64,000 bases of DNA from Candidatus Omnitrophota bacterium (GTDB taxonomy: Bacteria; Omnitrophota; Gorgyraeia; Duberdicusellales; 4484-171). The first letter of the stretch is position 1; the number at the start of each line of letters is the position of its first letter. The notes under the pieces were generated by a model, which saw nothing but the letters and a program-made list of their open reading frames with translations, was not told the origin of the DNA and ran no database searches. This document shows, in pieces, positions 35,618 through 45,457 of the stretch. Location of the stretch: positions 145,694 through 209,693 of the forward strand of contig JAHKAJ010000024.1 in the NCBI GenBank assembly GCA_018826075.1. Reading direction: 5' to 3'. Both the position numbers and the translations under genes were made by a program.

Positions 35618-36364
35618 CTATTTCGTAAGTATCCAAGGCCCCCGGTCGGTTATCGCCACCGTATGTTCAAAATGAGCCGCTAAGGAATTATCTTCGGTCC
35701 TGGCTGTCCAGCCGTCGTCTAAAATTTCCACCTCGTAACTACCAGCTGAAACCATCGGTTCAACGGCAATTGCAAAACCGCTGGCTAATTTCGGGCCGGA
35801 ATTTTTCTCGCCGAAGTTAGGCACCTCCGGCGGAACATGTAAAGCCCGTCCAATCCCATGGCCGACGAAACGTCGGATAACCGAGAATCCGTTATCTTCA
35901 ACCGTTTTTTGCACGGCTGAACTCACATCGCCCAAATGATTTCCCGGTTTAAGCCGGCTGATACCGGCAACTAACGATTTCAAAGTAACCCGCGCTAATT
36001 TGCGCGCTAAAGGGCTGGCCTTACCAACCAGATAAGTACGGGCCGTGTCCACAAACAACCCTTTGTATTTTATGCCCAGGTCAATACTAACCAGGTCACC
36101 GTTTGAGATCTTTCGTCCGGAAGGTATACCGTGTATTACCTCTTCGTTGACCGAAACGCAAAGCGAAGCCGGATAGCCCATAAAACCTTTAAAGGCCGGC
36201 TCCATGCCCGGATATTTCTCGAGTTCTCGCTCAAAGAAAACCTCGATATCCTTAGTGGTCCGCCCGGGTCTGATAAAAAAACCTAAACTCTTAAGTATCT
36301 TCGAGGCGACTTTGCCGGATTTACGCATCAAAGTCATCTCCTCAAAAGTTAACGGTTCGTTCAT
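35618..36364 (-). CDS. map: Methionine aminopeptidase type I.
   Basis: 248 aa with metal-ligand blocks (D...D...H...E...E) in a pita-bread fold. The adk-map-infA order is canonical. Confidence 0.85.
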   Translation of the reverse strand: MNEPLTFEEMTLMRKSGKVASKILKSLGFFIRPGRTTKDIEVFFERELEKYPGMEPAFKGFMGYPASLCVSVNEEVIHGIPSGRKISNGDLVSIDLGIKYKGLFVDTARTYLVGKASPLARKLARVTLKSLVAGISRLKPGNHLGDVSSAVQKTVEDNGFSVIRRFVGHGIGRALHVPPEVPNFGEKNSGPKLASGFAIAVEPMVSAGSYEVEILDDGWTARTEDNSLAAHFEHTVAITDRGPWILTK

Positions 36365-36990
36365 CTCACTTCTAATTTTATCTTTTCAAAGACCTCATCC
36401 TTGTCAGCGTTGCCGTCAAGTTTAAAAAGCTTTCCTTGTTTCTGGTAAAAATCTATCAATTGAGCGCTTTCCTTCAAAAACACTTCCCAACGCCTGAGAA
36501 TAACCTCAGGGGTATCGTCCTTACGCTGGGTAAGATCGCCGCCGCAAAGATCACAAAAGCCTTCTTCCTTAGGCGGCATATTTTTCAAATGGTAATTGGC
36601 GCCGCAGGATTTACAAACTATTCTTTTAGAAAGACGCTCGATGACCGTATCCCGGTTAGCCTCAAGGTAGATAAACCGGTCAATGTCAATATTGTGTTTT
36701 TTTAAAATTTCAGCTAAAGTTTTAGCTTGGGTGAGATTGCGCGGATATCCATCAAGGATAAAACCGCCGGATTTAACATGACTTTCGATGACTCTGGCTA
36801 CCAGTTCATCAGATACCAGAAGCCCCTTCTCCATATACCCTTTGACCTCCTGGCCCAGCGGGCTATTTTCCTTGACTTCACTGCGTAATATATCCCCCAA
36901 AGATATTCGGATCAGATTAAATCTCTCGCTCAGGATTATCGCCTGAGTTCCTTTTCCTGACCCCGGGGCTCCGAATAAAACTAAATTCAT
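36361..36990 (-). CDS. adk: Adenylate kinase with a zinc-binding LID.
   Basis: P-loop GAPGSGKGTQ; LID carrying the Cys4 set CKSCGANYH...CDLCGG. Confidence 0.9.
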   Translation of the reverse strand: MNLVLFGAPGSGKGTQAIILSERFNLIRISLGDILRSEVKENSPLGQEVKGYMEKGLLVSDELVARVIESHVKSGGFILDGYPRNLTQAKTLAEILKKHNIDIDRFIYLEANRDTVIERLSKRIVCKSCGANYHLKNMPPKEEGFCDLCGGDLTQRKDDTPEVILRRWEVFLKESAQLIDFYQKQGKLFKLDGNADKDEVFEKIKLEVR

Positions 36991-38342
36991 CTTCTCCCCT
37001 TTAAGCTGCCGCCTTTAATAAAACCGTCATAGTGGCGTATCAGCAGCTGGCCTTCGATCTGTTTCATCGTATCTAAAACCACACCGACCATGATCAAAAG
37101 CGTGGTCCCGCCAAACAGCGAAGCTAGACCATAAGAAGGAACTCTAAACAGATACATGATCAAATTGGGAAAAATTGCAATCATAGCGATATATAATGCA
37201 CCGATAAAAACAATCCGGGTAGTCACAAAATCAATATATTGAGCGGTGGGAGTCCCTGGCCTGATCCCGGGAATAAAGCCGCCGTTACGTTTCAAATTGT
37301 TGGCTAATTCCAAAGGGTTAAACACCATGGCCGTATAAAAATACATAAAAAACATGATCAGCCCGACATAAATAAAATTATACCAAAGACCTCTTTGCTG
37401 AAATATGCCTTGTAAAAAAGAAAAAAACCTGACTGATTTAGGCAAAAACATACTTAGGGTCGCCGGAAAAGCTAAAACGCTTGAGGCAAAAATTATGGCG
37501 ATAACTCCTGACATGTCTACCTTTATCGGCAAATACTGTGTGGCTCCTCCATAGACCTTGCGGCCGATGATCCGTTTGCCGTACTGAATAGGGATCCGGC
37601 GTTGAGCCTGGGTAAACAGAACTACTGCGGCAATGGTCAAAAACCAGACTACGGCTAAAGTGACGATGACCGGAGTGGAAATCTGACGCTTAGCAATATC
37701 AAACGGCGAATAAAGAATCCATAACTGATTGATCGATGAGGGAATACGGGAAATAATACTGGCGGTGATAATTATTGATATGCCGTTGCCGATTCCCCGC
37801 TCTTGGATCTGTTCACCCAGCCACATAATAAAAACTGTTCCAGCGGTAAGAGTGGCGATGGTAGTAAAAGTAAACAGAATCCCGGGATTGGGTACAATAG
37901 AAATACCTTTAAAATTATTGGGATTAGAAAGCCAAAGCGAAAGAAACAACCCTTGAACACCGCAAAGGACAAAAGTCAAATAACGGGTATACTGGTTGAT
38001 TTTTTCATAACCGGCTTTACCTTCCTTGGCTAAACGCTCCAGGACCGGGATGATGTTGACCAAAAGCTGCATAATGATCGAAGCTGAAATGTAAGGCATA
38101 ATCCCTAAAGCAAAAATGCTTAGACGGGTAAGAGCTCCGCCGGTAAACAAATTGACCATACTGAGAATAGTCTGGCCTTGAGTCTTAGCGATCATGTCAA
38201 AAAACTGGCTTAAAGCTGCGGTATCTACCCCGGCAGTGGGAATAAAGCACCCGGCCCGGTAAACCACTAATAAAGACAAAGTAATAGCAATCTTTTTTCT
38301 AAGCTCTTCAATCTTGAAAACGTTGCTTATCGATTTAAACAC
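36987..38342 (-). CDS. secY: Preprotein translocase subunit SecY.
   Basis: 451 aa, 10-TM topology, conserved SecY blocks (GIMPYISASII..., GGTTLLIMVGV). Confidence 0.9.
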   Translation of the reverse strand: MFKSISNVFKIEELRKKIAITLSLLVVYRAGCFIPTAGVDTAALSQFFDMIAKTQGQTILSMVNLFTGGALTRLSIFALGIMPYISASIIMQLLVNIIPVLERLAKEGKAGYEKINQYTRYLTFVLCGVQGLFLSLWLSNPNNFKGISIVPNPGILFTFTTIATLTAGTVFIMWLGEQIQERGIGNGISIIITASIISRIPSSINQLWILYSPFDIAKRQISTPVIVTLAVVWFLTIAAVVLFTQAQRRIPIQYGKRIIGRKVYGGATQYLPIKVDMSGVIAIIFASSVLAFPATLSMFLPKSVRFFSFLQGIFQQRGLWYNFIYVGLIMFFMYFYTAMVFNPLELANNLKRNGGFIPGIRPGTPTAQYIDFVTTRIVFIGALYIAMIAIFPNLIMYLFRVPSYGLASLFGGTTLLIMVGVVLDTMKQIEGQLLIRHYDGFIKGGSLKGRR

Positions 38343-38782
38343 TCAGCGACTCCTCCTTGAGATTCGATAAGCTCTTTAGCCTTGGCTGAAAAAGCATCGG
38401 CTTTGATTTTAGCTTTCTTTTTAAATTCATTGCCAAATTTAGCTAATATTTTAACCGGCCGGTCATTATCCTTGATCAGGTTCAACTTCTCTAAAACTTC
38501 CGGAGTGATCTCTTCAACTGAGCCTGCCCTTTTCTGAATATCGCATAAATTCACTAATTGATATTCTTTCGGCCGCAGCGCGGTAAATCCTCTTTTGGGT
38601 AAAGTGCGGGCAAACGGCAGATTTCCGCCGCGAAAACCGATGTAGGGAAGTACCTTGCCTTTACGCTGGCCGGCACCTTTATGGCCACGCCCGGAAGTTT
38701 TGCCGCTGCCGGAACCGGTTCCCCGGCCAAGCCGGTGCGGCTTCTTGTTTTTTACTTTTACTCTTAAGTCTGATAAATTCAT
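38327..38782 (-). CDS. rplO: 50S ribosomal protein L15.
   Basis: Gly/Arg-rich N-terminus RLGRGTGSGSGKTSGRGHKG typical of L15. It lies directly after rpsE with only a 3-nt gap, so there is no rpmD. Confidence 0.85.
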   Translation of the reverse strand: MNLSDLRVKVKNKKPHRLGRGTGSGSGKTSGRGHKGAGQRKGKVLPYIGFRGGNLPFARTLPKRGFTALRPKEYQLVNLCDIQKRAGSVEEITPEVLEKLNLIKDNDRPVKILAKFGNEFKKKAKIKADAFSAKAKELIESQGGVAECLNR

Positions 38783-38785
38783 AAG

Positions 38786-39337
38786 TTATCCTTTTAAATT
38801 CGCAAGCCCCTGGAAAGTCGCTTTAACTACATTTATCTGGTTAGTTGAATTGCCCAAATTTTTAGTCAAAATATCTTTTATACCGGCACATTCGCATATT
38901 GCTCTTACCGGTGAAGAAGCGATAACTCCGGTTCCTTCAGCCGCTGGCTTAAGCAGCATCTGGACTGCGCCGAAACAACCGACGATTCGATGCGGTATGG
39001 TTGTTCCTTTCTTTTTAATCGGCCGAATAGTTTTTTTAGCTTTACTGATGCCTTTACGTATTGCATCGGCCACTTCATTGGCCTTGCCCAAAGCAAAACC
39101 AGCGCTGCCGGTGCCGTCTCCGACCACCACTAAAGCCGAAAACCCCATATTTTTACCACCTTTGGTAACCTTGGTGGTCCGGTTGATAAAAAGGACTTTT
39201 TCAATAAAAGCGCTGTCGCTGTCCCCGCGGCGAGATTGATCCCTTCGGCGCGGACCCTGGCCTCTCCTTTTGTCGGGAGAAAAACCCGCCGTTACCATCC
39301 CTTTAGGTATATCTTTTTTATTGGTATCTTGGTTCAA
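38786..39337 (-). CDS. rpsE: 30S ribosomal protein S5 with an Arg-rich N-terminal extension of about 40 aa.
   Basis: S5 core [43 protein letters not shown]...; the N-terminal extension is MNQDTNKK...RRGDSDS. Confidence 0.85.
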   Translation of the reverse strand: MNQDTNKKDIPKGMVTAGFSPDKRRGQGPRRRDQSRRGDSDSAFIEKVLFINRTTKVTKGGKNMGFSALVVVGDGTGSAGFALGKANEVADAIRKGISKAKKTIRPIKKKGTTIPHRIVGCFGAVQMLLKPAAEGTGVIASSPVRAICECAGIKDILTKNLGNSTNQINVVKATFQGLANLKG

Positions 39338-39687
39338 AACTTTAACCCTCCTTCCCGAGCTCCCTGGGCCAAGTTTTCAACCCGGCCATGATATTTATAG
39401 CCGCTGCGGTCAAAAGCCACAGCCTTGACCCCCAATTTGAGTGCCTGGGCAGCTATTAGTTTTCCTAGCTCCTTAGCCGCTTCCTTGTTAGCCGAGCTGA
39501 TTTTTTTATCCTTAAAATCCTTGCCCAAAGTAGAACAGCCGGTAATCACCTTATGCTGGCCGTCATCAATAACTTGGGCATAAATATGTTTTTTACTTCT
39601 AAATACAACCAGCCGCGGTGTTTGGGCTGTACCTTTCATCTTCTTAGTAATCCTTTTGTGCCTACGAAATCTGGAAATCTTTTTCAT
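39334..39687 (-). CDS. rplR: 50S ribosomal protein L18.
   Basis: 117 aa, conserved L18 C-terminus; canonical spc order. Confidence 0.85.
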   Translation of the reverse strand: MKKISRFRRHKRITKKMKGTAQTPRLVVFRSKKHIYAQVIDDGQHKVITGCSTLGKDFKDKKISSANKEAAKELGKLIAAQALKLGVKAVAFDRSGYKYHGRVENLAQGAREGGLKF

Positions 39688-39688
39688 C

Positions 39689-40231
39689 TTATTGTTTAGC
39701 TAAAGCTTTCCCAAGTTTTTTTCGTACTTCTTCACCGCGGTAGCGGATACCTTTCCCCTTGTAAGGCTCCGGCGGAAAGACTCGACGTACGTTAGCGGTA
39801 AACTCACCGACTTTTTGTTTATCGATACCTTCTACGATGATCATATTATTTCCCGAACAGGTGACTTTCAAACCTTCGGGGACTTCCATCTCCACCGGAT
39901 GCGAATATCCCACGTTCAGCAGGAGATTTTTCTCCTTCATCTGGGCTTTGTAGCCGACGCCGATTATATCCAGCTCCCGCCTATACCCTTTAGTCACCCC
40001 TTCAATCATGTTGTTGATCAGCATCCGTATCGTCCCATGCAAAGACTTCAGTGCTTTTGAATCGTTCGCCCGTTTGACGGTTAAGGAATCTGCGGTTATT
40101 TCCAGGTTGATTCCTTGCGGAATATTCAACTCTAATTTATTTTTAGCCGCTTCAACGATACAGCGGCCAGACTCAAAAACCACCTTAACCCCTTTTGGTA
40201 TTTCTAATATTTTTTGGCCTATTCTTGACAT
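39689..40231 (-). CDS. rplF: 50S ribosomal protein L6. The start is trimmed to MSRIGQKI.
   Basis: Two-domain L6 fold. The N-terminus is MSRIGQKILEIPKGVKV (compare E. coli MSRVAKAPV...). The trimmed start leaves a 10-nt gap after rpsH. Confidence 0.85.
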   Translation of the reverse strand: MSRIGQKILEIPKGVKVVFESGRCIVEAAKNKLELNIPQGINLEITADSLTVKRANDSKALKSLHGTIRMLINNMIEGVTKGYRRELDIIGVGYKAQMKEKNLLLNVGYSHPVEMEVPEGLKVTCSGNNMIIVEGIDKQKVGEFTANVRRVFPPEPYKGKGIRYRGEEVRKKLGKALAKQ

Positions 40232-40241
40232 AATTAAACCT

Positions 40242-40637
40242 TTACCAGACCATCCCGATGACTTCACCGCCCAAACCCTTTTCTCTGGCTTCTTTATCAG
40301 TAAACATGCCTTCGGGCGTGGAAACTATAGTTACTCCGTAACCATTCAAAGCCCTGGGGACAGCGTCGCGTTTTACATAGATCCGCCTTCCCGGTTTGGA
40401 AATTTTCTTAATCTGGCCGATAATTCCTTTTTTGTTCTGATATTTAAGGTAAACTTTGATCTTTCGAAAACCTTCTAAATCTACTTCCTTGAAATTTTCC
40501 AGGTAACCTTCCCTTTTTAAGATATCACAGATTTTAACCAAAGAATTAGAATAAGGAATATAAGTTTCTTCCTGCTTAGCCCGGGAAGCATTTCTGATTA
40601 CGGTAAAGGCATCGCTTATAGTATCGGTTCTGCTCAT
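40242..40637 (-). CDS. rpsH: 30S ribosomal protein S8.
   Basis: 131 aa, MSRTDTISDAFTVIRNA... conserved S8. Confidence 0.9.
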   Translation of the reverse strand: MSRTDTISDAFTVIRNASRAKQEETYIPYSNSLVKICDILKREGYLENFKEVDLEGFRKIKVYLKYQNKKGIIGQIKKISKPGRRIYVKRDAVPRALNGYGVTIVSTPEGMFTDKEAREKGLGGEVIGMVW

Positions 40638-40659
40638 TATCGGCTCCGTTTTTTAATTT

Positions 40660-40854
40660 TTACCAACTGGCTTTCTTAACGCCGGGAATCAAACCCTGCC
40701 AAGCCAACTCCCGAAAACAAATCCGGCAAAGCTCAAAATCCCGCATGTATCCACGCGGCCGGCCGCAACAACGGCAGCGGTTATGACGACGGGTGGAAAA
40801 TTTTACTTTGATTTTCTCCCTTTTCCATTTTTCGATTTTAGATGTGCTAGCCAC
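40660..40854 (-). CDS. rpsN: 30S ribosomal protein S14 type Z (zinc-binding, short form).
   Basis: About 61-64 aa with [20 protein letters not shown] as the C4 zinc motif of S14-Z. It lies between rplE and rpsH. Confidence 0.85.
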   Translation of the reverse strand: MASTSKIEKWKREKIKVKFSTRRHNRCRCCGRPRGYMRDFELCRICFRELAWQGLIPGVKKASW

Positions 40855-40868
40855 TACTGTCTCCGTTT

Positions 40869-41465
40869 TTAAATATTTTGTTTGCGAAAAGGAAATCCAA
40901 ACGAGTCAAGAAGATCCCTGGCTTCCTGATCGGTCTTGGCGCTGGTATTGATAGTGATATTCATGCCTTGGGTCCTGGCTATTTTATCCAGGTTGATTTC
41001 GGGAAAAATGTTCTGTTCAGAAAGCCCAAAGGTATAATTTCCCCTTCCGTCAAAAGAATTTGCCGGAAAACCCCGAAAGTCACGGATCCGCGGCGAAGCC
41101 ACAGTGATAAAACGATCCAAAAACTCATACATCATCGCCCGCCTTAAGGTTACGCAACAGCCGATCGGAACGCCTTCTTTTAGTTTAAAATTTGAGATCG
41201 GTTTACGCGAACGACAAATCTTGGGTTTCTGGCCGGTGATCACGCCCAGCTCCTCGGCGCACTGCTCAATAATTTTAGCATCCTGGGTTGCCTGACCCAC
41301 CCCCATATTCACCACGATCTTGATCAGGCGCGGCACGGCTAAGTCATTCTTGTAGCCGTGTTTCTGGCGTAACTTTGAGACTATCTGATTACGATAGAGC
41401 TCAAGATAACGCGGAAGGTTTTTTTCCTTGGCTTCTTTCATTGGTTTTAAATCAGCTTCTGACAT
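40869..41465 (-). CDS. rplE: 50S ribosomal protein L5.
   Basis: 198 aa, conserved L5 blocks. Confidence 0.9.
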   Translation of the reverse strand: MSEADLKPMKEAKEKNLPRYLELYRNQIVSKLRQKHGYKNDLAVPRLIKIVVNMGVGQATQDAKIIEQCAEELGVITGQKPKICRSRKPISNFKLKEGVPIGCCVTLRRAMMYEFLDRFITVASPRIRDFRGFPANSFDGRGNYTFGLSEQNIFPEINLDKIARTQGMNITINTSAKTDQEARDLLDSFGFPFRKQNI

Positions 41466-41761
41466 TTTTTACAAATTCTCACTTTAGTTTTATCGTCGGA
41501 GATTTTTACTGAAAATCTTACCCCCCGGGCGCAGCTTGAGCAAAACAGTAATACTTTTGAAACGTTTATCGCCACCGGAACTTCCCGCAGGCCGCCCTGC
41601 TCGGCTTCCGAACGCCGACGGATATGTTTTTTCATTATATTGATGCCTTCGACAATAACCCTTTTATCGGTAAGGTCAACCGTCAAGACCTTGCCACTTT
41701 TGCCTTTGTCCTTACCGGACATCACCATGACCTTATCGCCTTTTTTTATGCCTAAGCTCAT
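41447..41761 (-). CDS. rplX: 50S ribosomal protein L24, with a C-terminal Cys-containing extension.
   Basis: KOW motif (IKKGDKVMVMSGKDKGKSGKV). The C-terminus carries CSSC...C..C, a possible zinc-ribbon-like tail. Confidence 0.8.
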   Translation of the reverse strand: MSLGIKKGDKVMVMSGKDKGKSGKVLTVDLTDKRVIVEGINIMKKHIRRRSEAEQGGLREVPVAINVSKVLLFCSSCARGVRFSVKISDDKTKVRICKKCQKLI

Positions 41762-42127
41762 TTATATGACCTCGGGAGCTAAAGACAAAATCTTGCTGAA
41801 CCGGTGTCTTAATTCGCGGGCCACCGGGCCAAAGACTCGGGTAGCTCTGGGGTTACCCTGTTTATCGATAATCACGCAGGCATTACGGTCAAACCTGACC
41901 GCTAAGCCGTCTTTGCGCTTAATCGGAAAATGAGTCCGTACAACCACTGCCCGCACTACTTCGCCTTTTTTTACCGTACCATTAGGAATCGCTTCTTTGA
42001 CGCTGGCTGAAATCACATCTCCGATATCAGCATGGTCTTTATTTTTTTTACCGATAACTCCGATAAAACCTACTTTCTTAGCTCCGCTATTATCTGCTAC
42101 ATCCAGCCGCGAACGAACATAGATCAT
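41762..42127 (-). CDS. rplN: 50S ribosomal protein L14.
   Basis: 121 aa, [18 protein letters not shown]... conserved. Confidence 0.9.
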   Translation of the reverse strand: MIYVRSRLDVADNSGAKKVGFIGVIGKKNKDHADIGDVISASVKEAIPNGTVKKGEVVRAVVVRTHFPIKRKDGLAVRFDRNACVIIDKQGNPRATRVFGPVARELRHRFSKILSLAPEVI

Positions 42128-42363
42128 TTTATAATCTCCAATAACCTGAAATGTTTATCCTTTGAATATGGCCGTGATTCGACTATCCTCACCTGATCGC
42201 CGATTTTTGCCTGATTAGTTTCATCGTGAGCCTTGTATTTTTTCCGGCGCGAACGCGGGCTTCCATAAACCTGATGAGCCACCCTATCCTTGACCAATAC
42301 GGTTATGGTTTTGTCGCTCTTGTCGGCTGTGACCACCCCTTGAAAAATCCTTGCTTTACTCAC
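42124..42363 (-). CDS. rpsQ: 30S ribosomal protein S17.
   Basis: 79 aa, OB-fold, conserved [16 protein letters not shown]. Confidence 0.85.
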   Translation of the reverse strand: MSKARIFQGVVTADKSDKTITVLVKDRVAHQVYGSPRSRRKKYKAHDETNQAKIGDQVRIVESRPYSKDKHFRLLEIIK

Positions 42364-42365
42364 AA

Positions 42366-42554
42366 TTAGCTCCTTGTTCTCTGATTAATAACCGTATGAA
42401 TACGGGCAATATCTTTTTTAAGCTGCTTGAAACGATGGGGTTTTTCAACCCCGCTGCGGCGCTTAAACCCCAATTCCATAAGCTGTTTATCTAGCTCATT
42501 AAGCTTAGTTTTAAGTTCTTCCTTGGATAGCCCCTGTAAATCTTTTAACTTCAT
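42366..42554 (-). CDS. rpmC: 50S ribosomal protein L29.
   Basis: 62 aa, conserved helical L29; it lies between rplP and rpsQ. Confidence 0.8.
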   Translation of the reverse strand: MKLKDLQGLSKEELKTKLNELDKQLMELGFKRRSGVEKPHRFKQLKKDIARIHTVINQRTRS

Positions 42555-42961
42555 CTTTTCCTAGTAACAAACATGGTTTTAAACGGAAGCTTATAAGCCA
42601 CCAACCGGAAAGACTCCCTGGCATAATCTTCGGGGATACCGCCTAATTCAAAAACTACCGTTCCTCGCCGAATCACTGCCACCCAGCCTTCCACTTCACC
42701 CTTACCTTTACCCTGCCTTGACTCGGCCGGTTTTTTAGTTATCGGTTTATCGGGAAATACCCGTATCCAAAGCTTACCTCCCCGGCGCAACCTTCGAGTA
42801 AGGATTATCCTGACTGTCTCAATCTGATTATTTTTAAGCCAGTGCGACTCCAAAGCCTTTATTCCGTATTCGCCAAAAGCAACCGTTGAACCGGAAACTG
42901 CCAGGCCTTTAAGCCTTCCCCGTTGAGATTTACGATATTTTACCCTTTTGGGAATTAACAT
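42551..42961 (-). CDS. rplP: 50S ribosomal protein L16.
   Basis: 136 aa, MLIPKRVKYRKSQRGRLKG conserved N-terminus. Confidence 0.9.
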   Translation of the reverse strand: MLIPKRVKYRKSQRGRLKGLAVSGSTVAFGEYGIKALESHWLKNNQIETVRIILTRRLRRGGKLWIRVFPDKPITKKPAESRQGKGKGEVEGWVAVIRRGTVVFELGGIPEDYARESFRLVAYKLPFKTMFVTRKR

Positions 42962-42964
42962 TTT

Positions 42965-43648
42965 TTAACCGTTGTTTTCCGGGTTTTGATCAGCCGGATT
43001 AATTAAATAACTTCCTAGATTCTTTATACCTTTATACACCCAGACCTTGACCCCGATCGTTCCATAAGTGGTCTTAGCTACTGAAAATCCGTAATCAATA
43101 TCCGCCCTGAATGTCTGCAAGGGAACCTTCCCGTGTTTGTAGGTTTCCTGACGAGCGATTTCCGCTCCGCCCAGGCGTCCGGAACAACGTATTTTTATGC
43201 CTTCAGCACCTAGAGAAGTGGCCTGTTGTATGGCCCGCTTCATGGCCCGGCGAAAATTAACCCGTTTCAACAGCTGGAAACCGATCAATTCGGCAATCAA
43301 TTGGGCGTCGCAGGCTGGCTCAATGACCTCCTCAACGTCAATGATGATCTCTTTTTTAGTCAGATTGCCAAGTTCCCGCTTAAGGAACTCGATATCCTGT
43401 CCACGCCGGCCGATGACTACTCCCGGACGAGAAGTCTTAATCCTTATCCGGACAACCGTCTGAGACACCCTTTCAATAACTATCGTAGCTATTGTCCCTT
43501 TAGGGTAATTATCCTTGACCGTATCGCGAATCCGCAAATCCTCTTCTAAAAAATCGGCAAACTCGCTCTTTTTTAAACAAAACCAGCGGGAAAGCCAATC
43601 TTTACCAAAACCGATCCTTAAAATATACGGGTGTACTTTTTGTCCCAT
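42965..43648 (-). CDS. rpsC: 30S ribosomal protein S3.
   Basis: 227 aa, KH domain plus S3 C-terminal domain; conserved MGQKVHPY start. Confidence 0.9.
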   Translation of the reverse strand: MGQKVHPYILRIGFGKDWLSRWFCLKKSEFADFLEEDLRIRDTVKDNYPKGTIATIVIERVSQTVVRIRIKTSRPGVVIGRRGQDIEFLKRELGNLTKKEIIIDVEEVIEPACDAQLIAELIGFQLLKRVNFRRAMKRAIQQATSLGAEGIKIRCSGRLGGAEIARQETYKHGKVPLQTFRADIDYGFSVAKTTYGTIGVKVWVYKGIKNLGSYLINPADQNPENNG

Positions 43649-43656
43649 ATTTTACC

Positions 43657-44016
43657 TTATTTTGTTTTTCCTTTTTTGACTAATTTTTCCGGGCTATCCA
43701 GTTCTACTACAATATGCGAGGTACGTTTTCTCACCGGCGTTGCCCGGCCAAAAGAAGCCGCCCGATACCGTTTAAGGGTCGGCCCGGAATTAGCGATCAT
43801 TTTGGATATAAAAAGCTTATCCTCGTCATAACCTTTGATTTTGGCATTGGCTAAGGCCGAGTGAAGAACTTTCTTTAAGTGGCCAGCCGCCTTTTTATTA
43901 AAATGGTTAAGCTCAACCAAAGCCTGTTTTGCATTCCTGCCTTTAAACAGGATGCTGACCAGCCTGACTTTGGTCGGCGAAATCCGAATATATTTTCCTT
44001 CTGCTTTTGCTACCAT
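43657..44016 (-). CDS. rplV: 50S ribosomal protein L22.
   Basis: 119 aa, conserved ...ISPTKVRLV... Confidence 0.85.
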   Translation of the reverse strand: MVAKAEGKYIRISPTKVRLVSILFKGRNAKQALVELNHFNKKAAGHLKKVLHSALANAKIKGYDEDKLFISKMIANSGPTLKRYRAASFGRATPVRKRTSHIVVELDSPEKLVKKGKTK

Positions 44017-44021
44017 AATAA

Positions 44022-44309
44022 CTACTTCTTCTGGATTGCCTTCTTAGCTTTGATTCCTCCATGCTGGCGGAAAGTCCGGGTGGCGGCAAACTCGCCCAGG
44101 CGGTGACCGACCATCGACTCAGTGACAAAAACCGGCACATGTTTCTTCCCGTCATGCACCGCAAAAGTAAGGCCGACAAACTCCGGAACGATCATCGAAC
44201 TACGCGACCAGGTTTTGATCGCCTTACGATCGTTGGATTTTTTTGCCAGCTGGGCTTTTTTTAACAGCTTCAACTCGATATAGGGGCCTTTTTTTAAGGA
44301 ACGGCTCAT
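44022..44309 (-). CDS. rpsS: 30S ribosomal protein S19.
   Basis: 95 aa, [18 protein letters not shown]... and [29 protein letters not shown] are highly conserved. Confidence 0.9.
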   Translation of the reverse strand: MSRSLKKGPYIELKLLKKAQLAKKSNDRKAIKTWSRSSMIVPEFVGLTFAVHDGKKHVPVFVTESMVGHRLGEFAATRTFRQHGGIKAKKAIQKK

Positions 44310-45157
44310 TATCTAACCCTCTTTTTTGCTCTACGTTTTACAATATATTTATTGCTGAATTTTTTGCGTTTCCTGGTCTTATAACCTTTAGTCGGTTTAC
44401 CCCAGGGAGTGACCGGATGCGGATTACCCTGTCCGGCTTTACCTTCACCGCCTCCATGCGGATGGTCTACTGGATTCATAGCCACACCTCTGACTTTGGG
44501 ACGCTGGCCCAGCCAGCGTACCCGGCCGGCCTTTCCGTGGACAAATGAAGAATGTTCGATCAGGCCGATTTGGCCGACAGTTGCCCGACATTCACTTTTT
44601 AAAAGACGTATCTCACCCGAAGGCATGCGCAACTGCGCCATATCCCCTTCTTTACCCATCAACTGAGCCCAGTTGCCGGCACTGCGGACCAAAACTCCTC
44701 CCCGGCCAGGCATTAATTCCAAATTATGGACAAAGGTACCCATCGGGATATGTTTTAACTTCATCGAATTACCCGGTTTTATATCCACCTGTTCGTCAAA
44801 AGAACTGACTATTTTGTCTCCGACTTTTAATTTATCCGGCCAAATAATATAACGGCGTTCTTTATCGAAATATTCAACCAGAGCGATCCGGGCGCTGCGA
44901 TTAGGATCATACTCAATAGTTAAAACTTCTGCCAATTGATCAAATTTATCACGCTTATAATCGATTATCCGGTATCTTTGTTTGCTGCCGCCGCCGCGAT
45001 GCCGGGACGTTACCCGGCCGCGGTTGTTACGCCCGCCGGATTTCTTCAAACTGACCAAGAGCGATTTTTCAGGATAATCGCGGGTAATTTCGGCAAAATC
45101 CGAAATAGCCTTAAACCGCAAGGAAGGAAGCATTGGTCTGAATTTTTTTACACCCAT
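44309..45157 (-). CDS. rplB: 50S ribosomal protein L2.
   Basis: 282 aa; the C-terminus has the conserved His/Gly-rich block [17 protein letters not shown]. Confidence 0.9.
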   Translation of the reverse strand: MGVKKFRPMLPSLRFKAISDFAEITRDYPEKSLLVSLKKSGGRNNRGRVTSRHRGGGSKQRYRIIDYKRDKFDQLAEVLTIEYDPNRSARIALVEYFDKERRYIIWPDKLKVGDKIVSSFDEQVDIKPGNSMKLKHIPMGTFVHNLELMPGRGGVLVRSAGNWAQLMGKEGDMAQLRMPSGEIRLLKSECRATVGQIGLIEHSSFVHGKAGRVRWLGQRPKVRGVAMNPVDHPHGGGEGKAGQGNPHPVTPWGKPTKGYKTRKRKKFSNKYIVKRRAKKRVR

Positions 45158-45166
45158 AATTAAACT

Positions 45167-45457
45167 CTAAATTAACTTTATTTCAAAACCCTCACGCAAA
45201 GTAACAATCGCCTTTTTCCAGGAAGCAGTTTTTCCCGGCTGGTTAGAGCGGACCCTTTTTGTCTTACCCTTGACTATCATCGTCGCCACTTTGCTGACTT
45301 TTACCTTATAAACTGACTCTACTGCTTTTTTTATCTCGATTTTATTGGCTTCCCGGTCGACCCAAAAAGAATATTTGCGAAAAATAACCTCCCGGCTGGA
45401 TTTTTCAGTGATCAACGGTGACCGGATTATCGAATAATCTCCTTTTAAGCCAGGCAT
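45167..45457 (-). CDS. rplW: 50S ribosomal protein L23.
   Basis: 96 aa; canonical position between rplD and rplB. Confidence 0.85.
   Translation of the reverse strand: MPGLKGDYSIIRSPLITEKSSREVIFRKYSFWVDREANKIEIKKAVESVYKVKVSKVATMIVKGKTKRVRSNQPGKTASWKKAIVTLREGFEIKLI

Noticed and set aside
38655-39239. 194-aa plus-strand ORF, with similar long plus-strand ORFs at 50210..50803, 22196..22627, 40008..40478 and 59003..59440.
   Set aside because: Each lies entirely antisense to a highly conserved minus-strand gene (rplO/rpsE, fusA, aroK, rplF/rpsH, rplL). They have low-complexity Pro/Leu/Ser-rich translations and no recognisable motifs. These are typical shadow ORFs.
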